This document shows positions 25,461 through 38,300 of a stretch of DNA of 64,000 nt, one piece after another; positions within the stretch are counted from its first letter, which is position 1; each line of letters opens with the position of its first letter. Both the position numbers and the translations under genes were made by a program. The notes under the pieces are model-generated. The model saw only the letters and a program-made list of their open reading frames with translations, searched no databases and had not been told where the DNA came from. The stretch is from the human T2T-CHM13v2.0 reference genome, Homo sapiens, in assembly GCF_009914755.1 (NCBI RefSeq), contig NC_060925.1; one strand, given 5' to 3'.

Positions 25461-28400
25461 TGTGACCGTGCTGAGAATGACCCCTGCTGAGCCCAGGCCG
25501 GGCACCCCGATCCCTGCCGGATGGTGCCGCAGGGCACCCTGTGTGGGTCCGGGAGGTGCTGCGTGGACTTGCCGCATGGCACATCTGCCTGGGCTGCAGG
25601 TGCGCATCTGGGGGGAGCCGGCCTCTCCCCACACTAGCAGGTGGGGTGCAGCGGGCACTGCCCGGGCAGGCGGGAGCTCCGGAGGCCCTGGGGCGGCCCT
25701 GCTGGATGGTCTGTAGGACACGGGAGGGGGAAGTGTTTTGAGTGTCCACTGCTGAGGGGTCTCCTGGGCTCTGGACCTGCCGGCAGAGCTACAGGGTATT
25801 CTTTAGGGAGATGGGCTCTGCTGGAGCTGGTGGAGGAAGATGCCAAGGAGATAAGAGGCTTCCCCTCCCCTCCGCTCCCCGCCTCCCACACTGTCTGGTG
25901 ACACTGGAGGCAGCCAAGGTGGCCACTGATCCCCACTGTGACCACTGAGACCACTGGAACTGCCCTTCCCCCATGGCCTTCTCCCTCCAGGAGAATGGAC
26001 CCGATCGGTGTCCCCTTCGTCCCCTGACACGTTGGTCTGGGGAGGCGGGGTCACGGTGCCCCAACACCCCTGACTTGGGGAGCCCATGGTGTCTGCCTGC
26101 CTGGGTGTCTGATCCTAGAGACTCCTTCAGCGAGGTGCAGCCTCAGAGGGGATTCAGGCACCATGGGAGGCCGGGGAGGGGCAAGTCAGAGGGCGGAGGC
26201 CACTGTCCTATCTCCTGCTTGGTTGGTGGGGACAGAAGCCAGCCTGTTGGTCTCCCCTAGGACCCTGGGCTGATGGGAGAAGTCGTCTCTAAATTGGCCC
26301 CCACTATGTTCCCTCTGCACTTAAGCCAGGGCCACATTCTCCGCACTGCCCTAGGGGAGGGTCTGGGGTCTGGAAAGGATGAGGGAGGCAGGTGTGCACT
26401 GGGCAAGTGGGTGCCTGTGGCTGTGCTGAGGGTCCCCACAGGCCCCTTCCCTGAGGCTGAACGCCTGATGGCCCTGCCCTCTGGGAGGTGAGAGAGCTGA
26501 GCCTGCAGCCTCGTCTGGACGAGGCAGGGAGGGAGACTGGCGCCTGCTTGGCATGTCCCCAGGGAAACCAGGGCAGTGAGAGAAGAGGCTGGAACAGGCC
26601 TGGGCAGTGGTCGGGGAACTGGTGGGAGTGTCTGCTGGACAGTGTGTAGAAGACTCGGGGCTCGGGGCTTGGTCTGGTGGCCTTGGCCTCAGATCCCTGA
26701 GCATGAGGCTGGGGTCAGGCCTGATGTCCAGCCTCTGGCAGAGCTGGCTGTGGGTGGGGAACAGCTGGGGGTACGGGGGAGGGTGGGGACAGGTTGGCAG
26801 CGGCCCCTCCTGTGGGTGACCAGGTAGGGACCCTGCCCAGAGGGGGGAGGCAGAGGAGCTGGTGGGCAGGAGAGACCCCCTACAGACCCTCCTAGGTGGT
26901 GGTGGGGGCCTGGCAGCCCGGTTCCCGAGGCCCTCACTGCTGCTGCTGGAGTTCAGGTGACATAATCTGCACGGCACACACGGATTGCCGTAAGCCGCAG
27001 CAGCCAGGTCTGACAATACGAGTTGTAATTGGATTTTAATTTTTAATGTCCACAACACATGAAGAGCTTCGGACCAATTTGTGTATCTTCTGTTACTCTG
27101 CGCCTAATAGGACCGCTTCATTAGCTGCTGTCGCACCCACAGTGCCGTCTGTCCGGGAACGGAGGGAGCCTGGCCCGAGCCCCATGCCAGAGCCCCAAGA
27201 GCTGCCTGCCACCTGCTCCAGTGATGGGCACGCCGACGGGAGGGGGGCTGAGGACCAGCCCAGAGGGTCCCTCCCGCTGCCTGGCCGGGCTTCCACCCCC
27301 GTCCTGCTTCCCTGTCCACTGCAGTCCTAGCCAGGGTGCTGCCCCTGGCTGCCAGGAAGGGGTGGCCATTGGGGGCTTGGACATCAGTGTACCCACTGAA
27401 GGCCCAGCTTCCCCGCTGCTGCCCACTCTGGGGCTGTCACAGGCCCCACTGGGACTCTTGTCTCCAATGGCCCCTGGGCACAAGTGGCCCTGGATTCTGG
27501 GGTTCCATTGCCACTCACCCCCCTATTCACTTGTGGCTCAGCCCTGCCTGCGATTTGGGGGTTGAGGCTGGAGTTAAGACCCTGTAGCCAGGTCTCCCGG
27601 GGCTGGGGGTGGGGTGGCCCTTGACAGACTGGGGCCCCAGGCAGAAGCAGGAGCTGTGTGCCTCAGGCCCCTCCCTCCCCCCAGCTGCAGGGGTCCCAGG
27701 AGGCGGGGCAGCTCCGACTCCGACCGCCCTCCGGATTATTCTTAGGTCTGTTGTGTAACAGGCGCACATTGGAGGCAGAGGGAGGAAGGGCTCCTGGAGA
27801 TGTCTCCGGCGGCAGCAGCTAGCCAGCCGGGAGAACAGCTTTTGTCCTTTCCACTCGCCCAGCACAAAGGGACAAAGGAGGCTGCCTCGGCTGCCCAGCC
27901 CAGCTGAGAGCTGGCCAACCTGGGCCCATGCAGAGGGGTTGGGCTGGCAGAGGGGTTGGGGCTGGCAGAGGGGTCGGGGCCTGCAGAGGGGTCAGAGCCG
28001 GCAGGAATGTGATCATCCCTTCACTGCCTCATGCTCCCCAGGGCTGGGCTGAGTCTGGGCTGGGGCTCCTTCCTCCTCCTGCCCCTGCAGCCCCGTGTGT
28101 GTGTGCACACCTCTGTGCCCATGCACAAGCACCTTTCCGGGGCCAGCTTCAGGCAGCACGGTGGCCTGGTGGAGGTGGAGGTGGCAGAGGGTACCCACCC
28201 CAGCCTCAGAGCCGCCCTCAGGGCTCCTCTTCCTGCCTTCCTCTCCCACCCCCTCATGTGCTCCCAGCAGCCTTTGGGTGTCGATTCCGGGGTCTCCACC
28301 CCCGCAGATGGGAGCAGGCTCCTCATGCCTGCCTTCTGAGCTCCCAGTGCAGATCAGACTCTGTGCGTGAGGCTCCAGGAGGAGCCAGGCTTGATGGCAG

Positions 28401-29394
28401 AAACGAGCAACCTGAGGGGCTTCCAGGGCTAGGGTGGCTGCAGGGTGGGGCCCCAAGTCTGTGGGGGGAGGCCCATTTGCTCACCTCACCCGCATCCTCC
28501 AGGACCACTCTGCCTTCAGCTCCTTCTCCCGGATCGCTGGACCTGTGTTCCGCACACACCTGCACACAGCTGTACAGTCACTCCCAAGACGGCTAAGCCA
28601 GCCTTCTCAGGGCTCCCCCTCCCCTCCCCCAGGTTCTGCTGTGCTCCCAGGGTGCCCTCCCACTGGGGAGCAAGGAGGGACATGCATAGTGGGTGGAGAT
28701 TCCACCAGGGGAGGCCCCGTGTTGAGGGCCTGCAGCTCCAGGGAGGGGCCGCTGACCCGGAGCTCCACTGTGACCCTTGACTGTGACTGAGCTGCTGACC
28801 CTGGAGAGACTGGAAGGCAGGAAAGGCTTGGGGGTGGGGGCAAGTTGCTGAAATGTCCCCAGCTTGATCTCTCAGGTTGGGCCCAGGGAGACGCCTGACT
28901 GGAGCTTCAGCGGTGGTAACCTGGCCTCACTCCTCCCTGATGTGGCCCGGTCTGCCCACTTCGGGGCAGCTGCTCTCTGAGTCTTTGGGGTCTTTCCCTC
29001 AGCCCACCAGGGACCAGCCGACCGGGAACCGGGGAATACAGAGGATGTATTCCCTGAGGATGCATGTGCTCTGCGGCAAGGCCTGAGGTCTTTCCGTCCC
29101 TCCCTGGCTGCGGGACTTTGGCAGGGCACTCGGCCCCTGCTTATCCCTCCCTCCCCTGCGGTACCAGGAGAGTCAGTGAGATCATTCAGACCAGGCTGTG
29201 CCGCAGTGCCTGTGGGTGGAGGGCATGGTGCCCCTGGCTGCTGTGGTCCTTTTTCCCTGGTCGTGGCCTCCAGGCAGCCAAACCCAGGCAAAGGTGACCC
29301 TTGTCAGGAACGCTTTGCTGACAGCTGGGCTGCCCTTGCCCTCCTGGAGCGCCAGGTGCCCCGGGTGTCTGGAGCACCACGACATGGAGGGGTG

Positions 29395-29825
29395 TGTTTC
29401 CTGCAGCTGCTGGGACCGGCTGCCGTGCACTGGCCACTAAAAACGCCGCACGCTTATTCTCTCGCGGTCCTGGAGGCTGGAAGTCTGAGGTCAGGGTGTG
29501 GGTGGGGCCGCGCTCCCTCTGCAGGCTCCCCGGGAGGAACTTCCTGGCCTCCTCCAGCTTCTGGTGGCTCTGGCGTCCCTTGGGTTGTGGCCGCCTCCTG
29601 CTTCTGCCTGTCTTCCCTCGCCCTTCTCTCCGTCTTCTCTTGCGCCTCGAGTCTCCTTTGTCCTGTAGGATCTGGGGCCTGCCTGGGTCATTCGGGACGA
29701 TCTCCTCGGCGCAGGCCTTTCACTGAGCACGCCCTCAGAGACCCTTTTTCCAAATAAGGCCAAATTCACAGGCTCTGGGATGCGGATGTGTTTTCTGTCG
29801 GGGGTCGCCCTTCAGCCCCCTACTG
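29395..29825. mobile_element. MLT1-type (MaLR) LTR relic
   Basis: TTATTCTCTCGCGGTCCTGGAGGCTGGAAGTCTGAGGTCAGGGTG...CCAGCTTCTGGTGGCT...TTTCCAAATAAGG-CAAATTCACAGG are MLT1B/C hallmarks. Confidence 0.75.
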
Positions 29826-30395
29826 TGGCCGTGTGCTCCACCCCAGCACCCCCGCCCGAGGCAGGCCCTGGAGCTCACGCTGCTGAGGTCCCACAGGCCC
29901 CCTGGCGCAGCCTCCTGGCTCCCCACCATCCCCCCTGGTGCAGCCTCCTGGCTCCCCACCATCCAGTCTCTCCCTGGGTGGGGTCCTGGCTCCACAGGTG
30001 ACCAAGAGGGGTACTGGAGGCCTGGACGGGCCTCACTCCATTCTTAGGGAGCGGCTGCTCCTGGTTCCCAACCACAAGTCACATCACTGCTGCCCCGGAA
30101 GGCACCTGGGGCCTCCAGAATGCTCGTTTCGTCAAACTGTTGTACGTGGCTCCTTTGCTGGCGCGGGGAAAGGGCCGTGGGCTTGGGCCCTGGAACGCAT
30201 CCCAGGATCAGTGGCTCTGCAGGCTCCAGGCCCCACCAGCTGCTCTGAGGAGGCTCAGATGGGTCTGGGAGTCCTGGTCGGAGCTGTAGCAGCTTCACAT
30301 CCCCCTGGACGGAGGAAAATGCAGATTCAGCACCCCCACCCCCCGCCCCCCACCACCCAGAGGTTGGAGCTATTTCAGTAGAAATACATGTTTTA

Positions 30396-30993
<598 letters not shown>

Positions 30994-31699
30994 CTAGCCA
31001 CCTCTCAGGGACAGTGGCTGCCCCAGCCTCGCCCCGTCCTGCCCCTGCTCCGTGACGCTCCCTGGAACTCAGTCATTCTCTGGGGAACCAACAGCCCTCA
31101 GAACTGAGTTGCAGCTGTAGCTGCAGTTGTCTTTGATGCATAAGTGGGAGGCTGGCCTCGGACTGGGCTGCCGCCGCCAAGCTCAGCCCTGGGGAAGTGG
31201 GTGAATGAAGCTGTTTCTCTGCATACAGTGTCTCCCTGGCTCCCCTGGGGTCTCCTGAGCCACCTCAAGGAGCCCCGGCCCCTCCCAGCTGGGCCTGTCC
31301 CCTGAGGCTTGTCCAGGAACAGGCGCCCTGGGCAGAGGTGGCTTCATCCGTTGCTGTCCCCTTCTTGGCTGGGCCTCGGCGGGGGGGCAGATATCGGGCA
31401 CCTCCTCCCAGGAGGGAGTTTGGTTTTTGTCTGCAAAATGTGATCCTTCGAGAGCTGGTTCAAACACCCAGCCATTCCCTCCCTCCCCGTGGGCCTCCAG
31501 CACAGGCGGCCGGTCCTCTGGGTGCCTCGTTAGCTCACCAGGACGTGCCCCACTTTTCAGAGCCTCTGCTCTACATGAAGTGAAGATGGGCTGGGCCGTC
31601 TGGGATGTTTCCCGCGGCATTCAGAACACAGAAAAGGAGCTCGTTACCAAGTGCCCCCAACTCGGCCTGCCTCCCTATTCAGCCTGCGCCCTATACAGC

Positions 31700-32058
31700 C
31701 TGCCCCCAACTCCCTGCCTGGCCCCACTCCCCGCTTGCCCCCCAATTCCCCACCTGCCCCCTAACTCCCCACCTTCCCCCTCACTCCCCACCTGCCCCCC
31801 ACTCGGCCTGCCCTCCAACTCCAACTCCCCCCCTGCCCCCCGCTCCCTGTCTGCCCCCCTGCTCCCCGCCTACCCCCCTCTCCCCGCCTGCCCCCCCGCT
31901 CCCCGCCTGCCCCCCCGCTCCCCACCTGCCCCCCCGCTCCCCGCCTGCCCCCCCGCTCCCCGCCTGCCCCCCCGCTCCCCGCCTGCCCCCCCGCTCCCCG
32001 CCTGCCCCCCCGCTCCCCGCCTGCCCCCCGCTCCCCGCCTACCCCCCGCTCCCCGCCT
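31700..32058. repeat. C-rich minisatellite (~19-20-bp CCCCGCTCCCCGCCTGCCCC), degenerate at its 5' end
   Basis: About 10 regular copies at 31857-32058, preceded by diverged copies. Confidence 0.92.
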
Positions 32059-32189
32059 GCTGACTGTTGCATCCCAGGTTCCAGACCCTTGGACCAGGCG
32101 CGTTCAAGGCCAAGCACGTGGGACCCCAGCCTGGGCTCAAATCCCCACCTGTCCGCCCACCAGTTGCTGGACTGTGGGTTTTGGGGACA

Positions 32190-32250
32190 TACCTGTGTCT
32201 CTGGGTCTCAGTTTCCTCATCTGTGAAAAGGGGGTGACAGTGGTTGTGAG
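32190..32250. mobile_element. MIR core fragment
   Basis: CTCTGGGTCTCAGTTTCCTCATCTGTGAAAAGGGG core. Confidence 0.6.
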
Positions 32251-34260
32251 GGTGAGCAGGTGACTTGTAGAGAAGGAGGGACAGCTCGGCAGTGGGACCC
32301 CCGCCTGTGCTAGGGATGTCGGCTCCCAGGACACAGCCCTGGCCCTGGCCCTGCCATAGGGGCTGTGGCTCGGCCACCCAGCACACGCTGTCTGGAAATA
32401 GGACTTGAGGTGCAATTTGGGGCAGGGCCTGGGGTCCAGGCCAGCAGCTGGGCCGAGTGCGCTCCAGGAGGGAGGCCTGTTGCTGGTGTCCACGTCAACA
32501 AGGTGCCGGGCGCTTCTCCACTCCCCAGGGCCCTCCCCCTCCCAGCCAAGGCAGGCGGTGGTGGGCTTGCCTCGTGTCCCGATTGTGGGGTCTGGGGCCA
32601 GAGATGTGTGTGCCTCCCCGGCCCCCGAAGATCATACGCAGTAGCGTCTCCGAGGGATGCCACTAGCAGTGACAGGCAGAGATTGTCGCGGAGAATGTGG
32701 CTGATGGAGGTGCGTTTCTGGGCTGTACAGATCAGTGCCGCCCCTCTGGACTGATCAGTGCTGCCCAGCTAACCCCTGGCAGCCCCAGTAGGGCTTCTGG
32801 AGGAAGCCCCTCTACTCCAGCCCCAGGAACTGGCTCCAAGGGCCACCGTGAGGCCAGAGAGCCGCGACCCACCAACATGTCCTATCACCGTGGAGGGCAG
32901 CCCTGTGGGGGTCTGCGCCATGGGTGGGCTGGGGGCTCTCGGGGGCTCTGACCCCTCAGAGGTTCAGCCACCGTTGGCAGCAGGGAGCCCTTCCCCCAGA
33001 CCACAGCCCTGGTAATGGGGGCAGGACAGGCCAATGGGACCCCTCCCTGGGGGCTGGGCAGCGAGTTGGCCCCACCGGCCTGGGACCCTAACGTGCTCTT
33101 GGCCCCAGCCCTGCCCCCACTGCGTCTGGGCTGCCGGGGGGGCGGTGGGTGGTGGTGGGGGGACTGTGATTCAGGCTGAGCTGTCACGGATGCCTGTCAT
33201 CGGCATGCTGGTGGGGAAGTGTCTGTTTGCACAGAAAACACGTTTTGAGCCCCGGGATCTTTGTCATCCTTCAGAAATGCCAACCCTGTGAAGTGAGGTC
33301 TGCTCTGCCGTGGGCCTGTCGGAGGAGGCTGAGCAGAGACTTCCGTCTGGGCCCCGAGCTTTGGCAGTGCACGGGAAGGCGCCCCCTCCCTCTGGCCCGA
33401 GGCTCCCTTGCTGGTAGGGGCAGCGGGCAGCCCCCACTGCATTGCTGAGCCTGGAACCACGGTGGCCGCCGTGTGCAGCCAGGTGTGCAGAAGGACGGTG
33501 GAGGCTGAGTGCAGCTGGGCCGCACGACCCAGGATGCTGGAGCTTCAGGGAGCAATCCGGAGGTTCTCCAGAAGCCGCTGAGGCCTGGGTCCCCCTGCCG
33601 CCCCCCATCCCCCGGCCCTGCCTGGCGGGTAGCAGCCCCGTGGAAGTATTTCATCTTGGCTGAAAGGCAGCAGCTGCCGTCCTGGAGTGAGCCCCGTGGA
33701 GGGGGGCCTATCTGGTGGGGATGGGAGCCCTTGATCCTGCCTCCTGCTCTCCCTCCTGCCCTGGCCCTCCCTGCCTGTTCCCTGCCCCAGCCCCTCTGGC
33801 CTTTGGGAGCGGCCACCGTGAGCAGCAGGAGGTGAGGGCTGGTGCTGAGGTGGGGTCCACCTCCCTCCAGCGGCGCCTTGCAGGCATGCGGGGAGCAAAT
33901 GCACCGTTCACTCCACCCCAAGCTGCCCCAGAGAGCAGCAGATGGGCCCAGGGAGGGGCTTAAATAATTCACAGGCCCCGGGGACAGGGGATGCTAGCCT
34001 AGGGTTCCCCAACCAGAGGCTGGGCATGAACCTCCCTTCTGGGGCGCCTGGCCACCCAGTCAGCCTTGGTCCTGGGAGGGCCTGGAGCTTGGCCAGTCGC
34101 TGTCCTCAGCTGACCGCCGCTGGGCCTGGCCCCGGGTGCAGCAAGTACACAACAAAGGCAGTGCCTTTGTTGCCCGGAGCTCAGCAGAGCCTAGAGGAGG
34201 ACAGCCTGGAGGAAGGGTGCCTGTTGGCACCTGGTCCTGGCTTCTCAGGCGGGAAGTCCC

Positions 34261-34391
34261 GGCTCACCCCACCCCTTCCCATGGATCCATTCCCGGTGGG
34301 GGCGCCCCTCAGTGCTCTCAGAGTCCTGGCTCACCCCGCCCTTCCCCGTGGATCCATTCCTGGTCGGGGCGCCCCCTCAGTGCTCTCAGAG
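34261..34391. repeat. 2 x ~67-bp tandem duplication
   Basis: GGCTCACCCC...GGATCCATTCC...CAGTGCTCTCAGAG occurs twice. Confidence 0.85.
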
Positions 34392-35251
34392 CTGGGACTC
34401 CTTACCACCTCCACCCAGGCCTGGGCCGCCCATCCCCCACCGTGCTACAAGCCTCCTGCCTGTCCCCCGATCTTCCAGTGGGGCAGCCGGGACAGTTTGC
34501 CAAAACGCAAGTCTGCCCCCCGACAGCGCCAGTGCCCCCACTGTGCTCGAGATGTGGTCTGTGGGCGCCGTGCTCCCTGGGGCCCTTCCCCGTGTGGTGC
34601 TGCTTGGGAGGTGAAGACCCCTGAGGCATATGTTTCCAGTCCGCCCTGTTATCGCCCATTGCAAAGATGAGGACATTGAAGCTGGGGATGGCAGGCGGTG
34701 CAGGGGAGGCCCTTGTCCTATCTGGAGGGCTCACTGGGAGCGTCTGTGCACACCGCAGGCCCTCCCCAGCCTGGAGAAGGGGGCCACTGGCCCCGGAATG
34801 CTGACAGTGATCTGGGCTGAGACACGGGGCTCACAGGACCTCCTTCACGTGTCCAGGGCCAGTGTCTTCACAGGGCCCTGTGGCCTTTGCCCTCCCCATT
34901 GCCCAGGGCCACCCCCCTCTGGCAGGGGCAGGACCCTCCACCACCCCTTCCTTCCACCCCCTGTGGAGCAGAGCCCCATCCTCCCAGCAGAGGAAAGTGC
35001 ACCCCAGTGCCTGCTCTCTGCTGCCTCTTTCTGGGGTCCTTGTTCCTGTGTGCAGCCCCTGGACACCCTCTCCTGACTCCAGCAGATGCCAGCCCTGGGT
35101 CCAGCCCGGTGCCTGTCCCCGTCTCCCGGTGGGGAGGGCTGCTATGGCTTCCAGGGTCCCCAGGACTTTGGGCAACGGTGGCGGGGGCTGCTGGAGGGGC
35201 CTGGCCTGCGCCTGCCGAGTGGGGTGGGGGAAAGAGGGCAGGCCCCAGCCA

Positions 35252-35322
35252 GTGTGGGGGCCTCTGAGAGCCGAGTGTGTGGGGGCCTCTGAGAGCCGAG
35301 TGTGTGGGGGCCTCTGAGAGCC
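35252..35322. repeat. 3 x 25-bp tandem repeat
   Basis: GTGTGGGGGCCTCTGAGAGCC occurs three times. Confidence 0.88.
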
Positions 35323-38300
35323 AAGGCTGGTAGTGGGGTTCCGGGGGTGCCGCAAGCCACCCCCACCCCGAGTCTGTCACCCACCTATGGGTGCCCACTG
35401 TGGGCATAGCCATGAGGGCCACCTGGCCTCTCCAGCAGTCCGGGCTGGGTGTTTGGCCTCCCCGGGGCATGTCCTGGCTCACCTGGCTGAGCTCCTAGGG
35501 CAGGAACTGCCTGTTCCCTTCCTGCCCTGCAGCACTGGAGGTGACCTGGGCCTGGGCCCTCCAGTTCCCCGATGGCCAGTGCCCCGCCCACCATGCCCGA
35601 CTCACCCTGACACGTGGGGATCCCCAGGCAGCCCCGAGACAGGGTCTTAGGGCTGCCTCTGCAGGACCCTTGGAAGTGCAGGCCCTTGCTCAGGAAGGGG
35701 TTGATGGTGTGGTATGGCAGGAGGCGGCACCACGTGACATGCTTGATGTGACATGATGTGGTGTGGTCCCCTCCGGGAGGATGGTCTGTGGAGGCTCAAG
35801 GCCATGGACCTGCTACTCCCCAGGGGCTGAACCAGCAATGCACCGAGTGGACCGTGTCCCTTTACTTGGTAGGGGTGGCCTGATGGTGGACCCCAGGCCT
35901 TCCTGCCTGGGACCCTGCAGGGCCTCTGGAGCCCCCTCCCAGGTGAGGCCTCCGAGTGGGGAGGGGCCGGGACCTGAGCCCCAGTGGCTTCCCCAGGGGC
36001 CCCCAGGGTCTGGGATAAACCGGGAATGGTGGCTTCCCTGAGAGCAGCGCCCTGGCTCGGCCCCTCGGTGTCCTGGCCCTTGCAGGGCTGTTGGGGCAGG
36101 GCCTGTCTCCGAAGGTCTGTGCACTATGTCCTTGGCCAGGTTTGGGGCTCAGTGGCAGTGTGGGTGAGACAGAGCAGGTGGCTCGCGGCTCAGGAGCCCC
36201 TTGGAGCCCTCTCACTGTCACCAGTGGAGTGTGCGTCACCCCCAGAAACCTGTTGTCCAGGCTGGACCCTCCCTGCCTGGGGGCAGCCAGGCCTCGGCCC
36301 CCCATGTGGCCTGAGCACATGCGCCCAGCTGTGCTCTGACCCCCACCTGCTCCAGAAGGCTCTGCTCCTCCCTGAAGCCTCCATGGGCCAGACCCCCATG
36401 ATGCTGAGCCCCCAGCGGAGCCGGGACCTGGCTCTCCCCTTACCCTTGAGACCATGCTCTTTTCTGAGATAGGAACTCAGCCGACCCATCTGCAGGCTTA
36501 GCCCGGGCATGGGACCCTCGGCTGTGGGAGCTAGGACGGGCGGGCACCTGGAACTGGACGTTGGCTGCGTGATGGCCAGTCTAGGCTGGGTGCTGCCCAG
36601 AGGCCCGGCAGGTCCCTGTTCCCCGGCCTGGCCTGAGCACCAAGGTGTCGGGGCAGGAGGACCCTCGGCCCTGCCAGGCCCCCTCTGCATCCCTCGGTGT
36701 GGGTCCCCAAATTTGGCGGTTCACCCACTGTTCCCAGGGCCTGTGCTAGGTTGGGAGACACCCCTCAGGGAGAGCACGTAGGGGCACAGGGTCCCCAGAG
36801 AAGGGCCTACTGGGGGCGCAGGGAGGCTGGCAGCCCGCCTTCCTGCAGGTGGAGTTAGACTCAGTGAGTGTGAAGGATGCTCTGTGGCCACCATAGCTGG
36901 AGCAGCTGCCTGTGGGGGATGCCGACGCTTGTTCCCTGGGGTCCTGGGGGTCAGGCGGGGGCAGGAGCAGTTAGAAGCTTCAGAGGAGCGGCCCCAGGGC
37001 CTTTGCTGCAGATGGAGGCGGGAGGCTCCCAGGTGGCAAAGCGCACCTGCTGCAGGTGTGAGAGGGCCCAGTTCGGGGAGTATGGCCACCGGGAGCCCCT
37101 CGGGCCCTCCACCCCCCTGCAGGGCCTCCCTCCCCGGCCATGCCCCGGTCTTCACCCTCCATACCTGTTGAGCCGTGCCGTGGGTGGAGGTGAGCATCCC
37201 GCGGGCGGGCTGTGTGCGTGTGTGTGCCTGTGTGCTCGTGTGTTTAAGTGTATTTTTAAAGCGGCTTTGCAGCTGTGTTTGACTCACTTCCATTCTCTGG
37301 TAGGAGCTCGGCAAGTGGTGCACTGTGGGTTATTTTGGGCTTGGCAATATTGCAATTATTAGATTCCGTGTTTGTAAGGAAACAGCGTCGCCTGGGGCAG
37401 CATTGGCTGTGGGTGGCGGTGTTGATGCCGTTTGGGATGCGGAGCCCAGAGGGGAGGCCCAGCTTGTCCCTTGGGCCTGTCACAGGGCTATCAGGGTTAC
37501 CAAGCCGCCAGCACCAGATCACCTGGTGGGCAGTTTCTCCCGGGCCTTTGTCGGATTTAGGCCTCCCCTGGCTTCCGAGCGCAGCCCCCCCAGTTCGTCC
37601 CCTGGGCGCTGGCTCCTACCTGACCTCATGGCCGCTGAGCCCCGCAGGGTCTTGGAGGGGCTCCAGCCCAGCTTGGGAGGCGGGGCGGCCCTGGGGGGCG
37701 GGTGGCGCTCTAGCCACGCGCTCTGGGGCTCGTCAAAAAGACTTAAATTGCCCCTTGCTCTCAGCTGTGCCTTAAAAAGCTGCAGGTGGTGACTCAGTTG
37801 TCACCGTCACTGTCACCGCTGCCGGTGCTTCTGGGGACGCGTGAGGTCACCGGGGTGGCTCGTCCTGTGCAGCCCCCGCCCCCGGCAGACCCGTCGACCC
37901 CTTGGGGTTGGGGGACATGGGGGAGCTGCTGGAGCTGGTGAGACGCGGCCTCCGTCGGCTTCCTGCCATGGCTGTAACTTGAGGGAGCCGCCCTCCTTGG
38001 GCCTCAGTTTCCCCCTCTGAAGCCAGGGAGCTGGGCCTTCCTCTGGACTTGGTTTGTCCAGGGCTCTTGGTGGGAGGTGCCCACCCTTCCTGAGAGAATG
38101 GGCCCACTTGGTAGGACCTTTTTCTGCCCCTTCTAGGGCCAGCGGAGGGGCCCGTGCTGGGTCTGCGGAGAGCAGGTCTCACAGCCACAAGGGGCTTCCA
38201 GGTGGGAAGGGACCCCAGGTTCACACCATGACTCTGGCACTGTGAGGGGCGATCCGCACCTCCTCTAGGCCTTAGGCAGGTCCTCTCTGTCCAGCCAGGG

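Noticed and set aside
24461-25582. 334- and 363-aa Ala/Arg/Pro-rich ORFs
   Set aside because: CpG-island composition suppresses stops; only the 31-nt ATG-to-donor segment has supporting signals.
31427-32263. Extensin-like proline-rich ORF
   Set aside because: Translation of the C-rich minisatellite.
37140-37195. ATG...GAG|GTGAGC as a fifth first exon
   Set aside because: It ends in phase 2, out of frame with exon 59586, and has no CpG-promoter context.
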